Shown: positions 1 through 13,214 of the stretch, in pieces
Layout: each line of letters starts with the position of its first letter
How positions within the stretch are numbered: position 1 is the stretch's first letter
Assembly (NCBI GenBank): GCA_964035545.1
Contig: OZ037767.1
Span: 17,047,781 to 17,111,780, forward strand
Length of the DNA stretch: 64,000 bases
From: Bugula neritina
Lineage: Eukaryota; Animalia; Bryozoa
Direction: 5' to 3'
Notes under the pieces: generated by a model
Databases searched by the model: none
Told to the model about the DNA's origin: nothing
What the model saw: the letters and a program-made list of their open reading frames with translations, nothing else
Translations under genes and position numbers: made by a program

Positions 1-3000
1 ACCCTGTAGGCAGTTGCCATAGCAACACAGGAAATGAACTTTTTAATATTCTATTACATATACAATGCATCAACCTACATGGTGACAAATTTCAAGTGTA
101 TTTATGATTTAACTGTAGAGGTATATGGAATACAAGGCAGCCCAAATTAGTACAAACTGTTGATAGTTTCAAAAGTTGAGTCAGTAGAATTGCATCCAAA
201 TAGCTGCTTTCTGCCAAGAAATTACTAAAGCATATATAGTGTAATAATTTAGTACAGAAGTTGAGCGCAAGTAGTATTAGTAAAAGAGTGTTTTGTGAAA
301 AACTGAGTGTGAAATTACTTCGGTATAAAATAGGATTCAAGACTGACAACTCCAAACTAAACAACGTAGACATTTAGTTAATACTTTGAACGACACTAAG
401 ATGTAGGGAATCGTAACTCCTGTACCTGCTACACTGAGAACGAAGCTGGTGGTGGCTGCAGACGTCCCAGCCTCATTTTCACCTTCACACGTGTAAACAC
501 CATTGTGTGCAAGGGCAGACAACTTGTGTATCCTCAGCTTGTTGGGTTCCAGTATAGAGTATATATCCTCTAGTAAGAGTGTTATTCTATGAAAAAGGGA
601 GATAACTCAAACAATTAGCAGTGAGAGTTGCCTTCTCAACAACTAGTGTACTTATCAGCATCAAGAAGTGAAAATATCGATTTTATTTTGTCTAGTTTTA
701 AAATTAAAATTTTACAAATGCATTCCAGTAAAAGGACACATTTAATTAACAATGACTACTCTGCAATCTTAACAAGCTCTCTTCTACATTATATTCTATT
801 CAACCACTTTAATGGTTGTTAAACAAATGTAATAATTTATTATTAATCTTTACTAGCTGTGGAAACACTGCATGTAGAAATAACTGTTTATATTGAGAAG
901 ACAATTGCTAATGATTGATGAGACAAATTAAACTACACTCACGGTTGCTGATTGTGATACCAAGTAACCAGGGGTTGAGGCACGCCATCCACCCCACATT
1001 TCAGAGTTATTTCATCGCCAGATATTAACACACCATCTTTTGGTTTCCTTAGACTGACTTCAGTCTCTTCAGAAATCCCTGCAACAAAAGGGGGGCAGAC
1101 TTGGCTATTGTGTTATCAGGTAACACTATCACTGCGTTTCCATGACTGCGCATAATGCGAATGAATGCTTCGTACGGATTATTTGTGGTTTGCATTACCT
1201 TATAGTTGCGGTTTCATCCGATGTAACTGTTTCCATTAGCTGAATGAAAAAATCCATTCGCATAATGCGATAATGGAAACGCAGTGTATAAAACACGAAA
1301 AGGAATTTAAAACAAATAATCTGTCAAAAATAGAAATTTTGGCCAGCATGAAATTTTAAAATAGTGTTCCATTTGTACACTTGAAACTAAGTTAGGAACA
1401 ATTCTGGTAATAGTAAAAGATACATCTAAAGTAGATATGTAGCTTGCCGGCCTATAATTATAAACATTCTCAACCTGCAGTTAAGTTTATAAATTTGAAT
1501 TGAAAAGCTTTAATTCAACTAAACATTATTGTCACAGCATTACCAACTTTAGAGTGAGGAACCCTTGCCTAGTAATTAGTACATTCTAGCTGTGTTATTA
1601 TTTCTGCAGAGCCTTAACAACATTATACAGCATTAAGATACTTCAAATTGTTATCATGTGACAATTCAGTACTCCATGGTTTCTGTATTATTAGTGGTTT
1701 AGCTGTTTGAATTTTTGATGAGAAGATGCTTTGAAAGAGAAGATGCTTCGAGATGAAGCAGTGAGAAGTGACTCACAGTTCAAAGATATAGACTTCTAAA
1801 GCTTTTTATGTGGTAACGTAACTTGACTACCAATTAGCATGAAGAGATCATTGCTCTTCTGAATATACAGTATTTCAGACAAAGGAAATTATAGGAGAGA
1901 CTGAAGGGGCGTGGCCTCTTTTACAACCAGAAATAAGTTGACTTTTAACTGCTTTTGTAGGCTTGCATCGATCTTTACTTTATTACTGATTCCATTTGAG
2001 ATTTTGATTAATTAATACTCCAATTCTAACGTTACTCGCAGTTCAACATACATGGAACTCAACCCCAAACCCTGAACTATCAAGAACTACCTTCAACATA
2101 AGAAAATAATTTAGTTAGATAAGCCATCATAACAGGGTTGCAGAACAAGAAGTGGTAGCGAATTCACTTCATTGTTTTGTAGGCACGCCACTTGTTTTGT
2201 CTGCTGTCATGTTTGATGCGGCTAGATCAGTCACCCTTTGTTGAGTGAATTAGTATACAAATATTAGCAACTAGACATGGTAAATATAAACTAGTAGGAG
2301 TACAATAGAGTAGATTGCTGAGGAGATTGCTCTAACCACAAGAAGCCAAGACAAAAGTAGACCCTCCACAGTAGCAGTTTGTGATGAAAACTCACAGAGA
2401 AATCAATACTAGTAAAACCCAAGGATCTGAAAGTTTGTTTAGTATTTCATACTCAGTTTGAGTAAGATTGAGGAGTTAAATATTCTAGAGTTCACACAGT
2501 ATAGCATGTTTTAAATCCATGCAAAAACTTAGTTCCTAAGCAATTGGGCAGCTTGAAGCTTTTTTTGTTTAATTTGAACCTTGAAGAAACATCACACAAA
2601 TTTATTCATTCAATGGGCCAAAAAGAGATTTTGATTAATTAATTAATAACGGCTGGCAGTATACACAAAGCTTAGCTTCATGCTCATCTAATCAGTAGAG
2701 CTACTAGCTAGTACTAAAAGCATTCAAACCTCTGCACAAGCAATGCATAAAATATAGTCTAAAAACATGAGAATCCAAATCTAAATTATGTGCAATTTTG
2801 CCAAGCTTAGGCGGCCTGCTCTGAAAACAGATTTTTAGGTTGTTGAAAGTGAGAAACCAATAGGCAAAGTCTAATACCAGAAAGATAGCCAAAACCCGAA
2901 CTGTGTAGTAAAATGGTCAACAAAACCTAGCTAGCTTTTTTATTTCCAGACTTGACTGATTTATAAGTTATATATAGTTTGAATGATATCTGATGATTTC

Positions 3001-3577
3001 CTTAATTTTGTGGAAAAGCTGTAACAGTTAAAAAAGCAGCCCTTACATCCGATCTTTGAGCAAAAGGGAAACAGAATGATTTTTTCTTTCTAATTCAAAA
3101 ATTTGATAGAGTAACAAATTTCTAGTAAAAAGTGATAGCGAAGGAAACTTTCTTGTGCAATTTAAAGTAAAACCTAGTTTCTGAAAAAACCGACATAATG
3201 GTATGGGTTATGCTGAACTATCTCAACTAAAACTTTAAAAAAGAACAATTTCTGGCTGGCAACGAAAAATTATTCTTAAAAAAATCACTGTTACAGAATA
3301 ATTTAGGTATGGAAAAGATTTACACTGATAAAATGCTGTAGCAACTTTTTATTTTTGCATTAAACTTGATTTCCATTCAACTAGGAGCCCTATAGCCCAA
3401 CAGAAGTCAGCTGCAAGCAACAGTAGCTGAAGACGCAAGATAAAGAGTTGAATACTCACAATATGATGTATTCTGTGACACACAGACCTCCACCTCCAAG
3501 GATATCAGGAGAAATCCAATAAGAAATAAAGTAAATCGAGAAGATGAAGCAATCGAAGTGATCAGAGTCATTTTCAT
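1..3577 (-). CDS. Signal-peptide, immunoglobulin (I-set-like) domain cell-surface/secreted protein, 5' portion; continues off the left edge
   Basis: Phase-compatible exons: 3577-3460 (MKMTLITSIASSSRFTLFLIGFLLISLEVEVCVSQNTSY, signal peptide-like; GTGAGT donor), 1078-943 (..GDEITLKCGVDGVPQPLVTWYHNQQ, Ig B-strand Cys and C-strand Trp), 586-426 (..LRIHKLSALAHNGVYTCEGENEAG..FVLSVA, F-strand GxYxC). A further acceptor (ctacag) opens a candidate exon at 3-1. Family (PTK7/otk-like or other IgCAM) cannot be resolved from one domain. Confidence 0.8.
1130..1286. mobile_element. 157-bp MITE with CACTG..CAGTG termini (CACTA/CMC-like)
   Basis: Imperfect ~32-bp TIRs (cactgcgtttccatgactgcgcataatgcgaatg vs revcomp cactgcgtttccattatcgcattatgcgaatg), flanked by a 3-bp direct repeat TAT; lies in intron 1 of the Ig gene. 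Confidence 0.7.
2696..3392. mobile_element. Possible decayed non-autonomous TIR element with TAG..CTA ends
   Basis: Left end tagagctactag vs revcomp of right end tagggctcctag (10/12); flanks cag/tag give only a 2/3 TSD match. Weak. Confidence 0.3.
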
Positions 3578-5880
3578 TTTGAAATAAATTTATGAGAAGT
3601 TGAAAATATTAATCGAAAGAGACTCCAGAAAACTAAATGCCCATATGCAAAGCTGAACTACACAGCTTTTCCTTCCAAATTCAAAGTGCTAGCTCAAATG
3701 TATAGTCTCACAGGCTAGCAAACGCTCCTACTGTAGAATTGCTGGGGTAGTGAAGTACAAAGCTAAGACAGAGGAACCTCTTAGTGCGAATTGCACCAAC
3801 ACACCTCCTTTATTACGATTACTCAGGGCTCGTATTAGCTCTCAGGAATAAACAAAGGGCTATAGCTATCTACTCAGTTACTGTATTTGTCACTATGTAC
3901 TTGATTATTATCAAGTGCTGCTATCAACATTTGATAACCTTTTATTGTACAAATGCTAACCACACAAGACTTCCCTAAGAGCTCAATTTAAACAATTAAA
4001 TCTCAAGCACACGGCTGTTAGCATATTTTATTGGGAAAAAAATTTTATTCTGATAATTTTATATAGTTTCCTACAAGTAAAGCAGCAAATCAGGGTGTTA
4101 CAGTAGCAGAGGGCAAATCAAATAACAATAATGAATGAACGTCTTAACTGCTATTAATCTAATAAAGGGCATCTGCTTATTAGACTTTCAGTTTACACTT
4201 GCAGTAATGAATCAGAAAGATTTCACTTGCAGCTACCCTACATTTCATATGACTCAACGCTAAAACTACTAGCAAAGAGCAAATCTACCTTCAGCTACAT
4301 GTATCAGCAATGAATTTCAGAATACTTGATATATTACTAAAATATTCTTTAGAAAGACAATCATTATAATATAAAATACTACAGCGGTTTATAACTCATG
4401 AGCTTCACCTTATAGTCTGTGCTACGATTTGCAATTGTGTAAATTACTACATTAAGCTATCAATTACAGAATTTTCATCAGAACCTTTTCAAACTCCATA
4501 TGTATCATAATTATATTTGTAACAAAACAAACATATGTTTGAAAATACGAAATTATATTAGTCTGAAGTGCGTGCAATTATGAAACTGGTAAAGAAAATC
4601 AATATAACCAATTTATAACAGTCTTGTATTTATTACATGACGGATATCGTATACTTGATCCACTGGTAACTTACAGTTGTTGATCTTATAAGTGCAAACT
4701 TTTAAGCAATTCAATGTCTAAAGTTAGTAAATGAAGTAAAAAATACTGAAAATAAATATTACAGGGAATTGCAGTTTTTAAACAAAAATGATGTATGTTT
4801 TCTCACAGAAGCATCAAATATCAAACTCAATAACTACATATAGAGCATTTGATAACGAATAACTGGCTGCAAACTTTCACAAATCTGTTACTACTGCTAC
4901 TTAAAACGTACAGTAGCCTAATTTATAATTTTTATAAGATGAGCTTACATTTTTAATTCACATAAATTGAAATAATGTGTGGTTTTCTGCTTTTAAATGA
5001 AATTAATTATAATTGTGTACTAGCTGTTGTGCATTGCTATGTGTTATTGTGTATAATTAATATGCGTTATTATGGATAATAGTAAATAGTGTGTATTAAA
5101 TTGTACATGTATAGCTGTGTGAAATTGGATATTATTACGTAAAAAATGGTTATAAATAGGCAAGCCTTTACACCTTGCTTTATCTATGTTACAAAATGAA
5201 GCTTGTCATAGGAAAAACAACTTCAAATTTTGCTATACTGTACTTCTAGTCTGAATTTACTTTTTGGCTTGTTCATTCATTGTTCATCTCAACTTTATTT
5301 TGGTTGTGTGTGTTTTTGTGCATATACTTTAATTCACTTTATCTTTGGTTACAAAATATTGTTTTACATCAGTATGAACATTGGATATTTACATGTTTTA
5401 TATATTAGACTGCATGAATTTAATAATTTCAACTTTAACAGCAATTAACAACAGTACATTAATAAATTGCAGAGCTTTCAGTATTATAACTTAAAAAATA
5501 ATGATTTTTTTATTTGATATAAAATAACAAATTAGAACAAATTATTAGAATAAAAAATTAAATATGATTCATTTTACTAACCAATAAATGATAATTTGGC
5601 TCTTGGTAATGGCTAGCATTAAAATGAAAATGTAGAATAATGTAAATATAATTTATATAAAAGTTCAAAGCTGCATGGCGAGGTGTAGTAAACTGTGGGT
5701 TCTGAATGCAACTAGTGCCTACATGCTCTAGAAAGAATAAGCCAAGTATTTGAGTACAAATGAGGATAACCTTTATTGTATCAGATACAGCTCATGTGGT
5801 CCTACTACCAGCGAGCTCCAGTAGTAGTCTGAACTACACTGGAACTCGCTGGCTTTTATATACAAGCGAGACAAAGACAT

Positions 5881-5979
5881 TCCTTTGTTGCCGAGATCGG
5901 GGTTCCGAAATGCCGAAACGCCGATTTTCGGCATATCGGCATTTCGGAAGACCGAAATGCCGATCTCAGCAACAAAGGA
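5881..5979. repeat. GC-rich nested inverted repeat / hairpin
   Basis: Outer arms tcctttgttgccgagatcgg (5881-5900) and ccgatctcagcaacaaagga (5960-5979) match 19/20; inner perfect 14-bp arms ttccgaaatgccga / tcggcatttcggaa. Confidence 0.8.
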
Positions 5980-7574
5980 CACACACAAAAGAAAGCAACA
6001 TTAGTAAAAGAAATATTACATAACTTCAGAATGCGTATTTCAGTAAAATTACATTATGTTGAGCTTTAACCGTAATTACCATACTTAGGCATTAGCAAGC
6101 TAACTTACTTAACTATAATTACAGAATTAAGAATGATACGCAACAGTATTTATAATATACTGTTGCACGCTGTTATTTCGAAACTAAAAGAGGGTGAAAA
6201 TCCATTACAGAGGCTAACCACACATTAATCAAATTTGAAATAAATATGAACTTTAGCCATAGGCTGATAAAACTTTTCAGCATATTAATTATTAATATTA
6301 TAAATGTAAAACAATGTTGCTATAATATTAATATAATAATAATAATTATAACCATAATTATAATACTTATAATATTAGTAAGTAATTTATTATATACATA
6401 ACTATTATAGCAGTTATAATGTATTTATATTCATTTTATTATTGAAATCCATGTATAATCATTATATACAATATCAACATTATCATCCTGATTATTTGAA
6501 AATCACACAAACTGAAACACTGGTAGTGGTATCCGCATCATCTTCAGATGATCATGATGAGCATTAGCATAACGTTTAATAATTATATTATTATTATAAC
6601 TATTTTTAGCTACATTTCAACAAATTAAATTTGCACTCTAACAATTAGGTGTATAATTTTGATTTGCTAAAAGCATAATATATTAACATTGATAATATTA
6701 TTAATATAATATAAATTAAAATATGGATATTAATTTCATATACAATATGGCAACACATGTAGCTGTAGTGTGTACAGCAAGCAGACGCTTGAGTGCTTGT
6801 GAGGCTTTGCCTTAGCTCAAAATCGGCACCTCATTTGAAAGAATGCATTATTACAAAGACCAATGTAATAGACTACAAGCAATTAGTAGCGAGCCAAACT
6901 TAATAATTTAAAACGACCTTGGCATGGTTTCGCACTAGAAACAATTTTACTCAAAAGGTTTGAAGGGTCACAATTACCATTTGTATTATGCGAGCAAGAG
7001 ACTTTTTTAACTTTCAACTTTTAATATCAATTTCAAGATGTGTTACTCATTTTGTACAAGTGATTGAAGTTTAGAATTAATCATAAGGATAATGCTTTGC
7101 TAGTTTTTCTCTTGAAAGCACGTAGTATTAAAATTAAAATTATTGAATTCAAATCAAAGTTTTCAATGAATTACTCTTGTGGTTGTTTGTGGCATAAACT
7201 TAAAGTTATATTGCGTCATCACTCATCACAGATCACTGACTCTGAGATCAGTGATCACTAGTCCTAGAAGTAGATAGTCATAAATCATAATGATAATCAT
7301 ATCACATTCAGTGATTTACTGTCATGAAAGTGACTTATGAGTGATGAGTCATGATTATCATCACAATCTTAATGCTATTGCTAATTGCTATAATTAATAT
7401 TATAAATAATAATTTAAATTACAACATGAACATCTGGCCTTATTTTTTTATTGTGACTTCAGATGCATTTTGGTGGTACTTTAAGTTGATGCAAAAGAAA
7501 TTCTGTAATATGAAATTAATAAACACTTGTGTGTTAGTATTAAAGACATTATTGGTATTTGAATTTCTGTTTAG

Positions 7575-10500
7575 ATGCTGCCCAGGTGGTTTTCTTGTTC
7601 TGGCCGTCGCAGTGTGAAGCTCAGCTTTCCTGTTGCATTGAGAGTTTCCTTTCTAACACCAGGAACCAACATAGGGGCAGTTGTACAGAGAAGCTGTCAT
7701 GGTGCTAGCAAACCTGCAAAGACGAGACGTAGTGAACTACGCAACTTGTTATCTTTAGCTGAGCCTGAGAAATACAGGCTAACAGGTACAGGGAGTGTTG
7801 AGACTGAATGTGGTTAAATGATATGTTCGTTATTAATATATGTAAGACTGTTTATAAGATGTGGAGTTACCTCCTCAGCAATGACTTTCAACTTGTCATA
7901 CTCTTAGGGGCTGTGGGGCTACTATTTATATCCACTGGCGTTACTATGGCCGTACCGTACGCTGTTGGAGCGTTCATAGACATCATACACACGAGCAATG
8001 CTGACCCAGCTGCTGTTAAAGCCACACTGCTGCCGCTATGCAAAGTGTTAGGAGGGGTGTTCATCATTGGAGCCATGGCTAATTTTGGAAGAGTTTATCT
8101 GATCCAAACATCTGGTATGTCAAGGTTGTTTTAAGGATTTGTGGTGGTTGCAATATTTATTGATTTAGCGCTTTAAATAGAAGATGAGAATTCTAACAAC
8201 TTTACAAAAGTTGTTCAAAGGGTAGAATAGAATATTGGATTGGATTAAAAGGCTTGTAGATTTTTGTTCAAACTTATTAATAATATGATGTGCCAGACAA
8301 ACCTCTCACATTTTTATCCCTGAAGGTCAAAGGTTAGTGCGGAGGTTGAGAGGTCAAGCATTTGAAGCCATCATGAAGCAAGAGACCGCCTTCTTTGACA
8401 AGAACAAGACGGGAGAGTTGGTGAACAGATTGTCAGCTGATACTAGTGTTGTGGCCAACTCTCTCACTCAGAACGTGTCTGACGGACTGAGGGCTGGTGT
8501 CACTGCTACAGCCAGTACAGCTATGATGGTGCAGTAGTAATATATAGTACTCACCTAGTAATATATAGTACTCACCTAGTAATATATAGTACTCATCTGG
8601 TAGTATATAGTACTCATCTGGTAATATATAGTACTCACCTAGTAGTATATAGTACTCACCTAGTAATATATAGTACTCACCTAGTAGTATATAGTACTCA
8701 CCTAGTAATATATAATACTCACCTAGTGATATATAGTACTCACCCAGTAGTATGTAGTATTATACTAATAGTATATAGTATCAATTTGGTAATACATGCA
8801 TATATATTAATTTAGTAATGTATTTGATGATATCGTAATATATATTTTTAGGTTTGTAATAAATATGATTAAGTTAGTAATATATATGATAAAGTTAGTA
8901 ATATATATATTCCAGATATACACCTCACCACTTCTATCCTTACTCGGCCTCGCCATTGTTCCAATAGTCGGCATTATGTCTGTTCCATTTGGTCGTTATC
9001 TCAAACGCTTGAGTAGGAATGTGCAAGACAACCTTGCTCAGTCTACGCAGGTAAGTTCCCTCTTAGGTTCATATACGCAGGTAATAGTATTGACAATTTT
9101 GCTCTGTTATGTGTCTATACCATACTCAAGGGTGTTTAATACAGTACATAGTGTATATATAGCAGTGCCACATATATATAGTATATATATAGTATATATG
9201 TGGCACTGCTATGTGTGATAGTGTTGAACTTATAATTGTAGTTTAAATAATGTAAAGGTATAAGTTTGGTTTGTGTGCTGATGAGCTATAAATGTTAAAC
9301 ACTGTATATTCACCACCTGTATATTCACCTGTATACTCACCTGTATACTCACCTGCATACTCACCAGGTAGCGGAAGAGAGGCTGTCCAACATCCGAACT
9401 GTGAGGTCATTTGGCAGAGAGATGTACGAAGTGGAGAAATATAACAGCAGAATTCAGAAGGTTCTGGAAGTGTCGTACTCTGAATCTCTGGCTAGAGCTT
9501 GCTTCTTTGGGCTCACAGGTCTGCAACACTTTACCTGAGTTGTCCTTCCTTTTCACTTGCAGATTGGATAGATAACTCCTTAGCACATGTACATGACCCT
9601 CTCTAGTTTCAATACTATTACCAGGAGGTTTTCATAGGTTAATACTTCTACAATTAATACATGAGAACTGCAATATGTTACAGGCTGCAAGAATTCACTG
9701 CTCATTACTTATACAGGTGCAGATAACTTCCAGCTAACTGTATCAGAATTCCCCATTTTTCCTCTAAGATAGAATAATTCTAAATTTTTGTGGTGTTCTT
9801 GATGATACGCTACGATATGATACTGTGATATGATATACTATGATATGATAGACTGTGATATGATATCCTGTGATATGATATCCTGTGATATGATATACTG
9901 TGATATGATACACTGTGATATGATATACTGTGATATGATATACTGTGATATGACACACTATAATACGGTATATGACATGCAGGTCTGATAGGAAATGGTC
10001 TAGTGATAGCCGTGCTAGGAGGAGGGGGTATGCTCGTATCGTCTGGTTCCATCACAGTGGGCCAACTTTCCTCCTTTATGCTCTACGTAGTCTTCACTGG
10101 CACCTCAGTCAACGGTCTCAGCTCCTTCTACGCTGAGCTCATGAAAGGTAGTGCTTCTCTTATTGGCTCTCCTCAAACCCCTTATTCAATCAGATGCTGG
10201 TTTAGTTATCCTGTGTGTTTAGTCACTCCTTACTGTCTATTTGTTATGTAGTGAAGTGATTGTTTACACGTAATGTGTGTTCTGCAGTTTTATTGGCTGC
10301 TGTGGTGTTTATCGTCCAATGAGCTGATTTGTATGTTATTCTACAGGTCTGGGCTCATCTAGTAGACTGTTTGAGTTAATACACAGAGAGCCTCTCATTC
10401 CTATAGCCCAAGGACTACAACCTCAGGCAGACTTGGTGGGGGATATCTCTATAGACAATATCAGCTTTTCATACCCCACCCGACCTGACATACCCATATT

Positions 10501-12228
10501 CAATGATCTCAGTCTCAAGGTCACAGCAGGTAACCATAGTAACACTCCATCTGGTGTCTATATTGTAGTAGTTGCCAGCCCCTGACGCTGTCATGTGCTG
10601 CTTGGTGTGTTGAGTATTGCGTGTCACTTTACAGGTGAGGTGACGGCTGTCGTAGGTGCCAGTGGCTCAGGCAAATCAACCATAGCGTCTCTCTTACTCA
10701 GACTATATGATATCGAGAGAGGGCAAATCCGAATTGGTGACATGAAGCTAAATGAGCTGAGCCCGCAATGGATCAGAGAGCATATAGGGATGGTGTCACA
10801 GGTAATACATATATAATATCAGAGAGTATATATACACTGTATTATATATAATATCAGAGAGTATACATACATTGTATTATATATAATATCAGAGAGTATA
10901 CATACACTGTATTATATATAATATCAGAGAGTATATATGCATTGTATTATATATAATATCAGAGAGTATACATACATTCTATTATATAAAATATCAGAGA
11001 GTATACATACATTCTATTATATATAATATCAGAGAGTATACATACACTGTATTATATATAATATCAGAGAGTATATATCTACTGTATTATATATAATATC
11101 AGAGAGTATACATTGCAGGAACCTATCCTCTTCTCCACGAGTATCAGAGAGAATATAGCATACGGGGCGAGTGATGACCTCCCCACTGATGATAAGATTA
11201 TAGCTGTGGCCCAACAGGCTAATGCCTGGAGGTGATTCCTTGCTTGTAAAATATTTAAATGAGAGAATTTATAGACAGTAGAGTGTAGACAGTAGAGTAT
11301 AGACAGTAGAATGTAGACAGTAGAGTATAGACAGTAGAATGTAGACAGTAGAGTATAGACAGTAGAGTGTAGACAGTAGAGAGTAGACAGTAAAGTGTAG
11401 ACAGTAGAGAGTAGACAGTAGAGTGTAGACAGTAGAGTATAGACAGTAGAATGTAGACAGTAGAGTGTAGACAGTAGAGTGTAGACAGTAGAGTATAGAC
11501 AGTAGAGTATAGACAGTAGAGTATAGACAGTAGAGTATAGACAGTAGAGTATAGACAGTAGAGAGTAGACAGTAGAGTTTAGACAGTAGAGTGTAGAGAG
11601 TAGAGTGTAGACAGTAGAGTGTAGACAGTAGAGTGTAGACAGTAGAGTATAGACAGTAGAGAGTAGACAGTAGAGTATAGACATTATAATGTAAATCTTG
11701 CAGGTTTATATCAGAATTTCCCGAAGGATTAGACACTCTGGTTGGAGAAAGAGGGGTTATGTTATCTGGAGGCCAGAAACAGAGGGTGGCTTTAGCCAGA
11801 GCCCTTCTTAAAGATCCTAAAATTCTCATCTTGGATGAGGCTACGAGGTGAATAATTAATTGACTGCTTTAAATAGGTGTTAGACTCCTGCTTTACCCCC
11901 TCCTACTGAACATTACATATCTGTGTACACTCCTGCTCTACCCCCTGCTATGTATTACATATCTGTGTACACTCGTTGCAGTGCCTTGGACTCGGAGAGT
12001 GAAAGTCTGGTGCAGCAGGCACTGCAGAGAGTGATGGTTGGTAGGACTGTTGTTGTTATAGCACATCGACTCTCCACCATAAGAAACGCCCACAACATAG
12101 TCGTGTTGTCAGACGGTAAAGTGGCCGAGTCGGGTACATACTCCCAGCTAGTTGATATACCAGACGGATATTTTAGTAACCTTATTATGAGACAGTTGGA
12201 GCTGGAGAATCAGCCAATCACCAACTGA
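7575..12228 (+). CDS. ABCB10: Mitochondrial ABC half-transporter ABCB10 (~641 aa, 11 coding exons)
   Basis: Exons 7575-7785, 7908-8114, 8326-8528, 8916-9050, 9368-9518, 9983-10147, 10347-10529, 10635-10801, 11119-11231, 11704-11847, 11982-12228 (1926 nt, in frame). Arg/Ser-rich presequence; TMD motifs [18 protein letters not shown] and [14 protein letters not shown]; Walker [10 protein letters not shown]; signature LSGGQKQR; Walker [13 protein letters not shown]; H-loop IAHRLST. The ATG directly follows an AG acceptor, so an upstream exon is likely. Confidence 0.92.
8535..8780. repeat. 21-bp intronic minisatellite (tagtaatatatagtactcacc)
   Basis: About 10 copies starting within ~7 nt of the ABCB10 exon 3 donor. 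Confidence 0.9.
9302..9367. repeat. 12-bp repeat (cacctgtatact) whose last copy forms an ABCB10 acceptor
   Basis: 4-5 copies ending actcaccag|GTA at 9367/9368. Confidence 0.8.
9812..9977. repeat. 15-bp minisatellite (tgatatgatatactg) abutting an acceptor
   Basis: About 11 copies ending just before cag| at 9982. Confidence 0.9.
10808..11115. repeat. 35-bp minisatellite filling ABCB10 intron 8
   Basis: Unit atatataatatcagagagtatacatacactgtatt, ~9 copies running from donor to acceptor. Confidence 0.9.
11269..11684. repeat. 14-bp minisatellite (agacagtagagtat)
   Basis: About 30 copies in ABCB10 intron 9; source of the spurious STVYTLL ORFs. Confidence 0.95.
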
Positions 12229-12967
12229 CACACGTCTGTTCAGTCAACACATCTATATCTCTTGAATCTAACACTGTCCAATACTGTCTCCTCACTCTCT
12301 ATGTGTGATGTTATAGAACAGGGTTTTTGGAAACTAAATGTATGTAGGATTATGACAGTATATATTATATTATGTTGTATTACATGATTATCGCGATATT
12401 TATATATGCACAAAGTATCATCTTTTAATTTTTTTATACAAAGTTTTTAAGCTTTAAATTATTAATATTATTGCTTACTGTGCCCTGCTGTACAAAAGTA
12501 AGATGGAATTTCATGGCAGTATTCAATGATTTTTAGGAATAGATTTTTTGGTAACTTTTTAAATTTTTAATAAATCCGTCACCATTTGATGCTCAGAGGT
12601 GAGGGCAAGAAAGAGTAACTGGTTATTGTTGGACAATAAACTGTATTTACTTTTGATTATTTTGGTAAATGATAAAAAAACATCAACAATTCAAAACTAA
12701 TTGACCAACCTACAGTTTCAGTGTAAATAAAGATATCGTAGATATTAGATTTATACTGACAGATTACTAAATATAAATACTCCGTACTTCTAAAGCAAAA
12801 AAATATCAAATGCCATGCAGAGAAGAGTAAAACAGATACCACAAAAAGGTAAGACCAGGTAAAATCAACAGCAAATGAGACATGTAAAGAGATTGACAGG
12901 GAAAAGGGCATACTGTGACATGGTACAAGTAAATATCAGTACTTTGGTGAGAGCTGTATACAGGAGT

Positions 12968-13214
12968 CGACACGTTCCAGCAGGTGCTAGATACGGACAC
13001 ATTCCAGCAGGTGCTAGATGCTGACACATTCCAGCAGGTGCTAGATACGGACACATTCCAGCAGGTGCTAGATGCTGACACATTCCAGCAGGTGCTAGAT
13101 GCTGACACATTCCAGCAGGTGCTAGATGCTGACACGCTCCAGCAAGTGCTAAATGCTGACACATTCCAGCAGGTGCTAGATGCTGACACATTCCAGCAGG
13201 TGCTAGATGCTGAC
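12968..13214. repeat. 27-bp minisatellite overlapping the ADSS stop codon
   Basis: Unit acattccagcaggtgctagatgctgac, ~9 copies; on the minus strand copies carry GTCAGCATCTAG (or the variant GTCCGTATCTAG), the last codons plus stop of ADSS. Confidence 0.92.

Noticed and set aside
6747-6815. Upstream ATG as the ABCB10 start
   Set aside because: The frame closes at TAG after 22 codons, and no convincing in-phase donor links it to 7575.
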